Assembly (NCBI GenBank): GCA_964016885.1
Contig: CAXHJY010000302.1
Span: forward strand, 1 to 32,979
Origin: Eledone cirrhosa
Lineage: Eukaryota
Reading direction: 5' to 3'
Length of the DNA: 32,979 nucleotides
A model generated the notes under the pieces. That model was not told the DNA's origin and ran no database searches. It saw nothing but the letters and a program-made list of their open reading frames with translations. This document shows positions 1 to 12,840 of the stretch, piece after piece. The position numbers and the translations under genes were made by a program. The first letter of the stretch is position 1, and each line of letters starts with the position of its first letter.

Positions 1-12
1 TTAAAAGCCTAC

Positions 13-945
13 TTAGTTTTTCACATTTGGGGTCACCATGTCGTCGGTAAAGCTCTCCTTAATTTGTTCATAAGTCTTTATAGGCATCCTCACTATCCGC
101 AGCACTTTTAAGTTGCAGGTGCCAACAATCTCTCCTTCTCTGTCAATGTCTTGACTGTGTGTTACAATGGCCATGAGGTTTTTGTTACCCCTTCTTAGTA
201 TCGCGCAGTTGGGTGTGTCCGTGTGGTGTATACGTGTGTTTTCTTTTGTTTGGCATTTGTGATTGTGGTGATGGTCCTGTGGGTGTGTCTGTGTTTGTTG
301 TGGGTGTGTCTGTATTTGCTGTGGGTGTGTCTGTATTTGCTGTGGGTGTGTCTGTATTTGCTGTGGGTGTGTCTGTATTTGCTTGTTGGTATGTGTGGAG
401 CTGAATATTTCTTTCTTTTTTTTTAGCTTTTTGGGGGGTTCCACCTAATCTTCACCTTCACTTGAAGATGTGGAGGTACTGGTGTCTGGGGACTCTCAAT
501 CAGAAGCGAGAGGGAGTGTGTTTACGAAACCAGTCCCGGACCACATCACCCTCTTTGTGAACTTGACGTCGGGGTGGGTACCATGGTCCTCTACCACCGC
601 GCATGCCAGGAGCTACCATAAGTTCAGTCCTGGCGAAATCCTGGGAACACGGACCCTTACTGTCCTGTTCCCCATGTAGGACGGGTACATAATCATTTGG
701 TCCGTTTTGCAGGGGACCACATAATGTTTGATAGCAAGGGCCTCAGTTTTGAAGATGCTCCCAAATTGTTTGGCCCTTGTTATATGGTCTATGTCCTCGT
801 TATTGATTCATTTCAGTGCCCCTTCAACCTGCCCTTCGGAGGCTGTCTCGGATTTTCGAGATTTGACCTAAATGCATCGATATTTCAGCGTTTTCCTCTC
901 CTTTGCTGCCATTACCTCTTCTAGGGCACCCCTCTCCTTCTCAAA
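13..945 (-). pseudogene. Decayed LINE ORF1-like reading frame (possibly L1/Tx1-type)
   Basis: Manual translation of the minus strand shows one frame continuing upstream of ORF 13..444 for about 165 codons with 5 in-frame stops (FEKERGALEEVMAAKERKTLKYRCI*...ITRAKQFGSIFKTE...YPSYMGNRTVRVRVPRISPG...). It is followed by an S/T/E-rich and K-rich low-complexity segment. The family assignment is from resemblance only. Confidence 0.4.
278..382. repeat. 21-bp minisatellite x5 (TGTGGGTGTGTCTGTATTTGC), encoding QIQTHPQ repeats on the minus strand
   Basis: Five directly adjacent units; the first unit is slightly variant. Confidence 0.95.
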
Positions 946-1032
946 TTATCCAGCCTACAGGCACATGGTCAGAGTAGGCCTACTCACACGGGCCACTCTC
1001 ACCACATTCATCCACCTATTAATAATAATAAT

Positions 1033-1202
1033 AATTGTTTCTACTTTTGGCACAAGGCCAGCAATTATTCCAGTGTATTTCCCGTAAGGATGAAAGGCAC
1101 ATTTAACCTCGGCGGGAATGGAACTCAGACTGTAAAGGGACGTAACACTTTGTTACAAAGCAAGGCGTCCGACCATCTACCGAAACTGCCAATCCACCGC
1201 CC
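1033..1202 (-). mobile_element. tRNA-derived SINE (Octopus-type), copy 1
   Basis: Minus strand reads GGCGGTGGATTGGCAGTTTCGGTAG (A-box-like) ... GAGTTCCATTCCCGCCGAGG (B-box-like) ... GGCCTTGTGCCAAAAGTAGAAAC, then an (ATT)n tail. It is homologous to 2841-3017 and flanked by (AAT)n on both sides. Confidence 0.75.
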
Positions 1203-1234
<32 letters not shown>

Positions 1235-1239
1235 TAAGC

Positions 1240-1523
1240 GCAACCATGTGATTCTGGGTTCAGTCCCGCTGGGCAGCACGTTGGGCAAGTGTCTTTCACT
1301 ATAATCTTGGACTGGTCAATATCTTGTTAGTCGAATTTGGTGGAGCAAAACTGCAGAATCCATTGACGCCCCACACCCCATATATGGTGTTTCAACAAAA
1401 TATAGACCAATAAAATAAGTACCAGACTTAAAAAACTACATTCTGGGGTTGAAATGACTAATCAAATCAAAGCAGTGCCCAAGCATGGTCGTAGTTAATG
1501 ACTGAAATCTGTAAAGTAATAAA
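1240..1523 (+). mobile_element. 5'-truncated SINE of a second family (Octopus-type)
   Basis: B-box-like GGGTTCAGTCCC followed by TTGGGCAAGTGTCTT, and a 3' block AATAAGTACCAG...GCATGG..GTAGTTAATGACTGAAA. This resembles abundant Octopus SINEs from recall; no search was run. Confidence 0.6.
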
Positions 1524-1685
1524 CACATACATATATATATTGAAAGAGAGAGAGAGAGAGAGAGAGATGACAGGTGAGGGAGAGAGAAAAATGTTGGGTG
1601 GTAAAATTTATAGGTATGTAAATAGCAACAAATATTTACTGATGGTGAGTCTCTAAACATACAGATGTACCGGCTTTAGTACATA

Positions 1686-2132
1686 CTAGACCACCCGTGA
1701 CCCGTTGGGTCACGTTCACTTCAAAATATTTTTAAAGAATCATGTTCACTTAAAAATAATATATATGTGGGTGTCTGTGGTCTATATACATTGGTTATAC
1801 ACACACGCACATGTACACACCACCACCACCACCAGCTCTCTCTCCCTCTTCCATCCTCCAACACTATCTCCTCTCCCTCTATTTGTCTCTCTTTCAATCT
1901 ACTCTCTCACAACCAGTATATCTTTCTCTCTCTCTATTTATGAAGGTACTCGGAAAAGAAACCCATATCTCGGGAACCCGTGCTCCGATTTACGCGAAAC
2001 TCGTTTTATTCCATTTGTATCTCCATTTCAAGGTCAACTTTCTTTCAAAATATTTTCATATTATGCGCCTTTTTGGCTGTATTACATTACAGAAAAGCAA
2101 GCAAGCAATCACAGAGTTTTAGTAGTATATAG
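1686..2132 (-). mobile_element. Non-autonomous Helitron
   Basis: On the minus strand the 5' end is CTATATACTACTAAAACT, followed by (TGCT)n. The 3' end has a perfect 8-bp hairpin CGTGACCC-AAC-GGGTCACG (1696-1714), 6 nt before a terminal CTAG (1686-1689) that is followed by T. This is canonical Helitron terminus architecture, except that the 5' TC appears as CC. Confidence 0.75.
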
Positions 2133-2319
2133 GTGTAGCGAAATCTAAGCAGAGAGATTTGAACAATTGTTCCCCCGGTTGACGAAATAACATATGCACT
2201 GATCTCATAGATAAGAAATTACTCATGTACATTAGCTGGCGTATAGTACTTTCTTTATATTGGGGACTTATATTATCAAACTGTCTGGAATAATATAGTT
2301 TTCTTGTGGCCACCAATCT

Positions 2320-2582
2320 AAAAAAAAGTTGCCTGCAGACGAATGAAACTGGCTGGGCACTGCATCTGTCATCCAGAAGAGATAGCATCACAACTTGTGC
2401 TCAGGAAACCGACGGTCAGATGAAGAAGTGTGGGAAGACAGGCCGTCTCATTCATTGATACCCTGCTGAGAGATGTCAACATTGATAACATCGATGAACT
2501 GAGAAATGTCATGCTCTACCGGGACGATTGGAGAAAGCGTGCTGAATCTTTTCGAATGTAAACTCGGCCGAATCAATCAATC
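2320..2582 (+). mobile_element. Decayed RTE-clade LINE 3' fragment with (AATC)3 tail
   Basis: Manual translation: KVACRRMKLAGHCICHPEEIASQLVLRKPTVR*RSVGRQAVSFIDTLLRDVNIDNIDELRNVMLYRDDWRKR. This is homologous to the RTE C-terminus at 12486-12840. The tail is at 2571-2582. Confidence 0.8.
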
Positions 2583-2840
2583 TTGAGGCCATCTGCTTAT
2601 TGTCAACGACAACAGATTTCCTCCGTTGGATCTCGGCCCATTCTGTCATCAAAGCCAGACAGTCATACTTCCGTTGAATTCCGACAAAGGTTTGTTCCAC
2701 GCCTCTTTTCAGGCTACTACGGCTTCCACGCCAAACCCATCATATACACGTAATGCACGATTTCACCTTGACTCTTTGTTGATTTTCCCGTGTTATCATA
2801 ACGTCGACGTAAGTAATCTCTTAATAAGAATGATTAAAAT

Positions 2841-3017
2841 AACTGTTTCTACTTTTGGCAAAAGGGCAGCAATTATCCCAGTGCATTACTGGTACTTTAT
2901 CTTATCGACCCCGTAAGGCTAACCTCGGCGGAATTTGAACTCAGAACGTAAAGGGCCATAACTCTATGCTGAAAAAGATGGTGTCTGACGCTCTACCGAT
3001 ACTGCCAATCAACCGCC
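2841..3017 (-). mobile_element. tRNA-derived SINE (Octopus-type), copy 2
   Basis: Minus strand has an A box TGGCAGTATCGG and a B box GAGTTCAAATTCC. Head and tail are shared with 1033-1202. Confidence 0.75.
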
Positions 3018-4025
3018 TTACTGCCAACCAACCACATTGAGTGATTAAAATAACGGCGTTGGTCATTGAATATTGCTAATGGCAATTTCGCTTTCAACCT
3101 ACAAATTTCAACTACAGGCTCTGGCGACCACACATCTCGTCTCACTGAGACACAAAGACAAGCCACAAGTCACAAACATGCACACAGCACTTTATATGAG
3201 AGAGAACAACTCATGGAACCCAGCAATCTAACAGTTCCTACTACAACTTCTGCCACATTACAATGACCAACCGAATCATATATACAAGCTACATCAGATC
3301 ACAACAACAAGCAATCTTCTTAACTACCACTACATCTATATCTTTCTTGACATTTATTTGAATGTTGTCGAAGCCAGCGGCTAATTCTTCAAGCGGGTTA
3401 ACAAAATGCTAAGCTGGTTGGCCATCTTGATTCTTAGTTTACAAAAATTCTCATATTTATTTCGTTTATCCATCAATAGAAGACAGGCTTAGGCGATACC
3501 AGAAGGGTTTTGAATATTTGAATATAGGACAATCTAGCGATAAATATAAACATTTATCTTCGTATATCAGCATTTATTGCTAAATACACTCACCATCAGA
3601 ATTCTGTAATGTAAGTTAATATACATGTGTGTTCGTGTTTACGAGTGTGCATGAAATTATAAGCCTGTGGCTTTCTGTGTGTTAAATATAGGAAATTTTA
3701 TGAAATTTTATGACAAATTTAGTGTTGAATATTTGAAGGTTTAAGGTAATGGAATTGGCTACAAACGTAATAAAAATATAGGAATTAAATTTAATGTGCC
3801 AACACGATATGAAAAGTGACTACTCGGATTCTTCGTTGGGTAAGGCAGCAAATACGAATCTATTACGAAAGAAAAATTAAAAATCTAAGATGGCGCCAGG
3901 ATCTCAGTTTCTTTTCTATTGTTTAACAGATAAAATAACACGAAAAAGATACACAACTCTACGTCGTTTGAAAGGATGATTTACATTTTTGCCTTAATTT
4001 TCGATTTCTTTTCCTTGTATATATA

Positions 4026-4138
<113 letters not shown>

Positions 4139-4355
4139 TAATGGACGACCATTGACTCACATGAGTTGATCCACAATTTTGCTTTTTGTCGGGTTCTGTT
4201 TTTCATCCAGCATGGTAACAAAAAAATAAATAAATCAATAAAATAACAACAAAACACACTTGGTGGGATTGTTGGTTTAGTTCCCGACGACCGGACATTG
4301 TGACAGATGTACTGCGTTATAAATTACCAGTAGCACTTGAGTTACACACACACAC

Positions 4356-4390
<35 letters not shown>

Positions 4391-4510
4391 TATATAGTTA
4401 TATTTGGGGAGGGTCATTTTATAACATTGCCAGAAATATATAATAAAATACACTCACTGTTTAGTTTGGGTTGGTTTTCGCTTCCGTATATGTTATATCT
4501 CTCCAACAAA

Positions 4511-4551
<41 letters not shown>

Positions 4552-4554
<3 letters not shown>

Positions 4555-4764
4555 ATAATAATAAATTTGAAGACTAAAATCCAAAGAGGGCTCGATAAGG
4601 ATAAATATATATCAAATATATAAGAACCGTAGAGCAAATATTTATTAAAATAACAGATTAAAGTTTAAGAAAAGAATCGCTGCTTTCACACTTAACGGCT
4701 TCAGAAGATCCATTTCAGGGTGAAAGCAACGATTCTTTGCTTAAACTTTAATTTTAATAAATAT
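4552..4764. repeat. Imperfect fold-back palindrome (4638-4764) of a Penelope-type end with degenerate hammerhead boxes
   Basis: TTAAAGTTTAAGAAAAGAATCGCTGCTTTCAC / GTGAAAGCAACGATTCTTTGCTTAAACTTTAA, centred on CTTC-A-GAAG (4699-4707). The left arm extends to about 4552. Flanked by (TA)n. Confidence 0.7.
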
Positions 4765-4800
4765 ATATATGTATGTGTATATATATATATACAATCTGCA

Positions 4801-5926
4801 ATTTTCTGACGCTTGCACTGCCCTAGGTCTGACTGTCAGTCTCAAGAAAACCGTCGTCATGTACCAACCTGCCCCTGGTAAGCAGTACACTGAACCAAAC
4901 ATCTATGTGTATGGCAAACGACTTGGAGTGGTTGATCAGTTTGTCTACCTGGGAAGCACTGTCGATCGATACAGCAACCTTGACAGTGAAATCTCACTTA
5001 GGATTAGGAAAGCAAGTGATGCTTTCGGAAAGCTAGAAAGGCGACTCTGGGGTCGGCGAGACATATGCAGGAGGACAAAGGTAAAGGTGTACAGGGCATG
5101 TGTGCTCTCTTGTCTTCTTTATGCCTGCGAGACCTGGGTCACATATCGACACCACCTTAAGCAATTGGAGCGTTTCCATCAGATGTGTCTCAGACGGATC
5201 CATGGCGTTCACTGGAGGGACCACATCAGTGATGTCGAGATTTTGGAAAGCTCTATGTGTGACAGTATAGAAGCTCTTGTGCTTAAGCAACGACTCCGTT
5301 GGAGTGGTCACCTTGCCAGGATGAAGGATTCTAGAATACCAAAACAACTCTTTTATGGAGAGTTGGTTAAAGGAAAACGACCGCCACATAAACCAAAAAA
5401 GAGGTATAAGGATTCCTTGAAAGCCTCTCTGAAAGACGCTAACATCTCTGCTGATACATGGGAGAATATTGCTGCTGATCGTAATAAATGGAGAAAGACT
5501 GTATATGAGGGAAAAGTTGCCTTTGAGGCATCTCGAATCGCATACGAGAAAGTAAAGCGGGATGTGAGGAAGGGCATTGCTGTTGCACTTCCAGACGGCG
5601 AGGGTCCTCCTATGGTGCTGACATGCAGCGTATGCGCGAGACTCTGCCTAAGCAAAGCTGGACTCGAAAGTCATCTTCGCAGTCATAAAGTAAGACCAGT
5701 GGTTTACTACCAGGCTGCTGTTGGAGATGCTACTCATCATGCTTGCCAAACATGTGGTAGAGAATGTAAATCAGCAGGAGGGCTCAAGCGACATGCAAAA
5801 GTACACGAACTCCAACCACAGCCGACTATTCCCAGTAAATGTTTTGGTTGCCGACTCTGTGCAAGACATTTTAGATCATTGGCTGGGCTAAAAAGCCACA
5901 TTCGATCGCAGCGCTATTAGTTGCTA

Positions 5927-5968
<42 letters not shown>

Positions 5969-6236
5969 GCTTATGTGTGTGCGTGTGTGTGTATATATAT
6001 ATGTATATTATTATTGTTGTTGTCGTTATTATTATTTTTGTTATTATTATTATTATTATTATTGTTATTAATGTATGTGTGTGTGTATATGTGTGTGTGA
6101 GTGTGTGTGTGTGTGTGTGAGTGTGTATGTATATATATATATATATATATATATTTCTTTTTATTTATTTATTTATTTATTATTATTATTTTTTTTTTCT
6201 CCTCGTGCAATGGCCATACTCGATAACGAGGGGGCA

Positions 6237-6242
<6 letters not shown>
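4801..6242 (+). mobile_element. 5'-truncated copy of the zinc-finger RTE LINE
   Basis: Near-identical to 30424-31782. The frame is open through the RT thumb and three C2H2-type fingers (stop at 5918-5920). It has the same 3' end (TGGCCATACTCGATAACGAGGGGGCAGCCATC), (TA)n on both sides and about 9 extra nt (CAATCTGCA) at the 5' junction. Confidence 0.95.
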
Positions 6243-6268
<26 letters not shown>

Positions 6269-6280
6269 GTACGTCAAAAT

Positions 6281-6389
6281 TATTTATAAAACTGCTTATA
6301 TATTATATTTTATCTGAAGAAGGCATGCCATATTTTTAATATGGTATCCCCGAAATATATATAATGAAATAAATATGGTTTTATAAATA
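6281..6389 (+). ncRNA. Type I minimal hammerhead ribozyme in a ~140-bp Penelope-type end between (TA)n tracts
   Basis: Stem I TATTTTAT/ATGAAATA; CTGAAGA (6314-6320); stem II ATGCCATATT/AATATGGTAT; GAAA (6352-6355); palindromic TATATA stem III; predicted cut after 6363. An outer stem TATTTATAAAACT/GGTTTTATAAATA is also present. Confidence 0.8.
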
Positions 6390-6423
6390 TAGTTTCCATT
6401 TGTTTAATATCGTATATATATAT

Positions 6424-6528
<105 letters not shown>

Positions 6529-6535
6529 TGTATAT

Positions 6536-6810
6536 GTAACGAAGGAAATGTGGTAAGGAACCAGGTGGACCTTAACGCACCAAAGTACTCAATACTTAGG
6601 GTAGTAGAGTGGGTAATAGGAACCAGTAAGACCACGACGGCTGAGCTCAAGCCGTTTCGACGGCTTATTCTGGCCTAAATGAAAATTTATCCTGGTATTT
6701 AAATAGCCGAGCTTCTCGGCTATTTAAATACCATGATAAATTTTCATTTAGTCCAGAATAAGCCGTCGAAACGGCTTGAGCTCAGCCGTCGTGGTTTTAC
6801 TGGTTCCTAT
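6536..6810. repeat. Fold-back palindrome (96-bp arms, 6616-6810, loop CTT) of a Penelope-type end carrying the 3' half of a hammerhead in each arm
   Basis: The arms match with 3 mismatches. Each reads outward GAAA-CGGC-TTGAGCTCA-GCCG-TC (stem III with a GUC triplet). The left arm extends about 80 bp further. Embedded in TA/TATG arrays. Confidence 0.9.
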
Positions 6811-8192
<1,382 letters not shown>

Positions 8193-8221
8193 AAATCTAA
8201 ACAAATATAAACAAATCTATA

Positions 8222-10340
8222 AACAAATCTAAGAGCAGAATCCCTAGAAATAGAAAAACGCTCATCAGAAAAATTAAGAGAACGAACAAAAAAATCAACA
8301 ATCTGAAATACTGTCAGCAGCAACACATCAACTTGACTGCCATTTTATCACTAGAGATTAAAAAACATAACCTCCAAAACAACATAATGTCCCTCATCAA
8401 CAATCAGAGAAGAGCTGAAGAGGCCTGGGCCATTGAGAAGATCAAACTCAATCCCAAAGTGTTCTTTTCATTTGCAAAAAAACACAAAATCACTGGCTCT
8501 ACTGTTGGCCCTCTAATTGATGAAAATGGCACTCTTCAAGACAATGCTAAAACCATGGGTGAGATACTGCAGAAACAATACTGCTCTGTTTTCAGCAATC
8601 CTGATATGGCCGATCTGGGCTGTATCGGCGATGTTACTCCCCATTACACCTTATCGGACATAACGTTTGGCGCCCCTGATGTCTTGGCGGCAATAAAGGA
8701 AATCAAGCATAATTCAGCAGTAGGTCCCGATAGGTTCCCTGCTTGTGTCTTGAAGGCGTGTCAACACCAACTTGCTTCTCCTCTTGCCAATCTGTGGCGG
8801 AACTCACTGGATGCTGGATATGTGCCAGAAAACCTTCTATCCCAGTCTGTTGTCCCAGTTTTCAAAAAGGGAAACAAATCCCTTGCCGTGAATTACCGTC
8901 CAATCTCACTCACCTCTCATATCATTAAGGTATTTGAGCGAGTGGTGAGATCGCGAATGACCCACTTCCTTGAGAGTAACAATATGCTGAACTCCAACCA
9001 GCATGGATTCCGTAATGGAAGGGATTGCCTGACGCAACTACTGCATCACTTTGATGACATTTTGAGAGCCTTGGGAGAGGGTTCCAACACTGATGTTATC
9101 TACCTTGATTTCAGCAAGGCCTTTGACAGGGTTGATCATAACATTCTACTGAGAAAGCTGTCCAATATTGGTGTCACTGGAAAGCTGCTGCAGTGGATCA
9201 AGAGCTTCCTGTCAAACAGAACCCAACATGTTGTAGTTGAGGGAGTCAAATCAAGCCCAGCCAAAGTCAGTAGTGGAGTCCCACAAGGCACTGTGTTGGG
9301 CCCACTTCTCTTCATCATCTATATTAATGACATCACTGACATCATCAAACACAGCAACATTAAAATTTTCGCTGATGATTCCAAGCTCCAAAAGGTCATC
9401 AATGGCGTGGATGACCGGATAAGCCTTCAGTCAGACCTACTGGCTGTTACCCAATGGGCAGAAAAGAACAACATGTTACTGAACGAAGACAAATTCGAAC
9501 TGATCCACTTTGGAAAAGAGGATGCTCTGAAACTCCCGTACTCCCTTCCCTCCGGGGAAACTCTCGTGGCATCTAACAACATCAGAGACTTGGGAGTAAC
9601 CGTGGACAGCAACATAAGCTGGACCACGCATATAAGCAGCAAAGTTGACATGGCCCGCAGAATGTGTTCCTGGATCCTCAGAACCTTCCAGTCGAGAGAT
9701 TCCCGCACCATTATCCTTCTCTTCTCTACTTTCGCCCGACCACACCTTGAATACTGTTGTCCACTGTGGTCTCCCCACACGAAACAAAGTATCATGAAAC
9801 TTGAAGCTCCTCAAAGGGCAATCACGAAAAAGATAGATGGCATGTCAGACCTTGACTACTGGGGTTGATTGGAAAACCTGAAACTTTACTCACTCCAACG
9901 TCGCCGTGAGCGTTATATTATCTGCATGATGTGGAAAATGTTCCATCATCACTGCCCAAATGATGTTGGCATCGCCTTCAAGATACACCCAAGGCTTGGG
10001 CCCCGTGCTATCCGTCCCATTCAAAAATCTAAATCGCAACTCATAACAACAATACGGCACAATTATTTCACCTCAATCGGCCCTGCTCTCTTCAACATCA
10101 CACCAGGACACGTCAAAACAGAAACTGACCACACAAAATTCAAGAAGTCTTTGGACAAATTCCTCCAAGTAATCCCGGACAAACCACCCACACCCGGATA
10201 TGTCTCCGCAAACAGTAATTCTCTTCTCGAATGGGCCATGGTGCCCAAATCCTGAATTGAAAGACTTCGCCAGGTGGTGCTATTAAGTTAGACATGGCCT
10301 GGGCCAATACTGGCCAAAACATTTCAAAGTTATTCAAAGT
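8222..10340 (+). mobile_element. 5'-truncated CR1-group LINE (RT domain and C-terminus), one premature stop
   Basis: RT motifs NYRPISLTS, QHGFR, YLDFSKAFD, GVPQGTVLGPLLF, FADD, RPHLEYC, LYSLQRRRERY. ORFs 8333-9868 and 9869-10255 are one frame split by TGA at 9866-9868 (likely CGA>TGA). The 3' UTR has a hairpin TGGCC/GGCCA and a (TTCAAAGTTA)2 tail. No endonuclease domain is present. Flanked by (TA)n. Confidence 0.9.
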
Positions 10341-10372
10341 TATATATATGTATGTATATATATATATGTATG

Positions 10373-10434
<62 letters not shown>

Positions 10435-10438
10435 TATG

Positions 10439-10484
<46 letters not shown>

Positions 10485-10510
10485 TATGTATGTATATATA
10501 TATATGTATG

Positions 10511-10541
<31 letters not shown>

Positions 10542-10575
10542 GTATATATATATGTATGTATATATATATATGTAT

Positions 10576-10616
<41 letters not shown>

Positions 10617-10776
10617 TATGTATATATATATATGTATGTATATATATATATGTATATATATATATGTATGTATATATATATATGTATATATATATATGTA
10701 TATATATATATGTATATATATATATGTATGTATATATATATATGTATGTATATATATGTATATATATATATGTATG

Positions 10777-10808
<32 letters not shown>

Positions 10809-10960
10809 TGTATGTATATATATATATGTATATATGTATATATATATATATGTATATATGTATATATATATATATATATGTATGTATATATATATATGTA
10901 TATATATATATGTATATATATATATTTATGTATGTATATATATATATATATGTATGTATA
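10341..10960. repeat. (TA)nTG microsatellite array
   Basis: Directly visible. Confidence 0.98.
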
Positions 10961-11373
10961 TTCCGGGAGAGATGACCCCTTAGCCTTTGTCAAGGCAGAA
11001 TTCTAGGAGAAGGAAAACTCTGATATAACACCTGCAACCCTGATGGTATCCAATGATGTTGACTTGTTCTTCTTTTTGGTAAATATCATCTTGGTTAAGA
11101 GAGTGGGACTGGCTTTGTGCAGTGCCTTTGCTCACTATAAAAGCTTCACGGCACAGGCATTGCTTTATATCTGGAGATCTCTCTGCACTTGTCGTCACAT
11201 GGTACCATGGGCCCAGCACTATGTGTCAGTAATTGTCACAAGTGTAGTGTTTGTACCAGAGTTTTCAAGTCGCTGGCTGGACTAAAAAGTCACACTCGTT
11301 CAGCGCATCGGTAGGGGTTCTCCTACATGGATATAAAGTAGTGGCCGTACTCGAAAACGAGTTGACAGCCACC
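10961..11373 (+). mobile_element. Bipartite, internally deleted non-autonomous RTE (5' UTR + last zinc finger + 3' stem-loop)
   Basis: 10965-11163 aligns with the RTE 5' UTR at 27627-27845. About 11231-11313 translates to [26 protein letters not shown] (compare [22 protein letters not shown]). The end TGGCCGTACTCGAAAACGAGTTGACAGCCACC parallels the RTE 3' end. Confidence 0.85.
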
Positions 11374-11821
11374 ATATGTATGTATATATATTTATGTATG
11401 TATATATATATATATATGTATGTATATATATGTATATATATATGTATATATATATATGTATGTATATATATGTATATTTATGTATGTATATATATATATA
11501 TATGTATGTATATATATGTATATATATATATGTATGTATATATATGTATATATATGTATATATATATATGTATATATATGTATATATATATATGTATGTA
11601 TATATATGTATATATATGTATATATATATATGTATGTATATATATGTATATATATGTATATATATATATGTATATATATGTATATATATATATGTATGTA
11701 TATATATGTATATATATGTATATATATATATGTATGTATATATATGTATATATATGTATATATATATATGTATGTATATATATGTATATATATATGTATG
11801 TATATATATGTATATATATGT

Positions 11822-11861
<40 letters not shown>

Positions 11862-12041
11862 GTATATATATATATGTATGTATATATATGTATATATATA
11901 TATGTATATATATATATGTATGTATATATATGTATATATATATATGTATGTATATATATGTATATATGTGTATATATATATATGAATATATATATATGTA
12001 TGTATATATATGTATATATATATATGTATGTATATATATGT

Positions 12042-12089
<48 letters not shown>

Positions 12090-12100
12090 GTATATATATG

Positions 12101-12167
<67 letters not shown>

Positions 12168-12268
12168 GTATGTATATATATGTATATATATATATGTATA
12201 TATATGTATATATATATATGTATATATATATATGTATATATATGTATATATATATATGTATATATATG

Positions 12269-12299
<31 letters not shown>

Positions 12300-12473
12300 G
12301 TATATATATGTATATATATATATGTATATATATATATGTATATATATATATGTATATATATATATGTATATATGTATATGTATATATATATGTATATATG
12401 TATATATATATATGTATGTATATATGTATATATGTATATGTATATATATATATGTATATGTATGTATATATAT
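11374..12473. repeat. (TA)nTG microsatellite array
   Basis: Directly visible. Confidence 0.98.
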
Positions 12474-12840
12474 CTATCTATCTATCTAAGGCGGGTAAAA
12501 TTCCCGAGATCCATGGACGAGTTCTCTCCAGCGGTCTCTGTCCCTCATTATCGCTGCCATATCCTGCATCTCCAACAGACCAGTGTCTGTCCTTAGGGCA
12601 TCAACATATGTTAACCTTGGTCTTCCTCTTCTAGTGTGTCCATGTAGGGGCTCCCAAAGGAGCACTGAGTGCAATGTCAACTCTGGATGTCGGTGAGCAT
12701 GTCCAGCCAACCTCAGTCTCCTATGTGTCACTTTTGAGCTGACTTTTGGGATGCTCCCATACAGCTCTGAGTTTTTCATCCTCAGTGTATACTGATTAAT
12801 GTTCAGAGCCATCCTCAGCATTCTCGTGTAGCACCCATTA
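12474..12840 (-). mobile_element. 5'-truncated RTE-clade LINE (finger-less family), C-terminus with (TAGA)n tail
   Basis: GCYTRMLRMALNI...RRLRLAGHAHRHPE...[23 protein letters not shown]. The TAG stop overlaps a (TAGA)n tail that runs into (TA)n, so there is essentially no 3' UTR. Confidence 0.85.

Noticed and set aside
3588-3609. Possible 10-nt micro-exon on the minus strand (TTACAG|AATTCTGATG|GTGAGT)
   Set aside because: Weak pyrimidine tract, not frame-preserving, and no other exons identifiable; it would need RNA-seq support.
3420-3897. YY1-like motifs GCCATCTT (~3421) and AAGATGGCG (~3887)
   Set aside because: Short motifs with no supporting promoter or terminal-repeat context.
4397-4510. 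Short insert with GAAA-TATA-TA-ATAAAA resembling a hammerhead 3' half
   Set aside because: No CUGANGA box or stem I partner is present, so it was not called as a feature and is only counted as a possible remnant.
9866-9868. Programmed readthrough of TGA in the CR1-group ORF
   Set aside because: The position corresponds to the usual Arg in YW.RL..L.LYSL, so a CGA>TGA mutation in a 5'-truncated dead copy is simpler.
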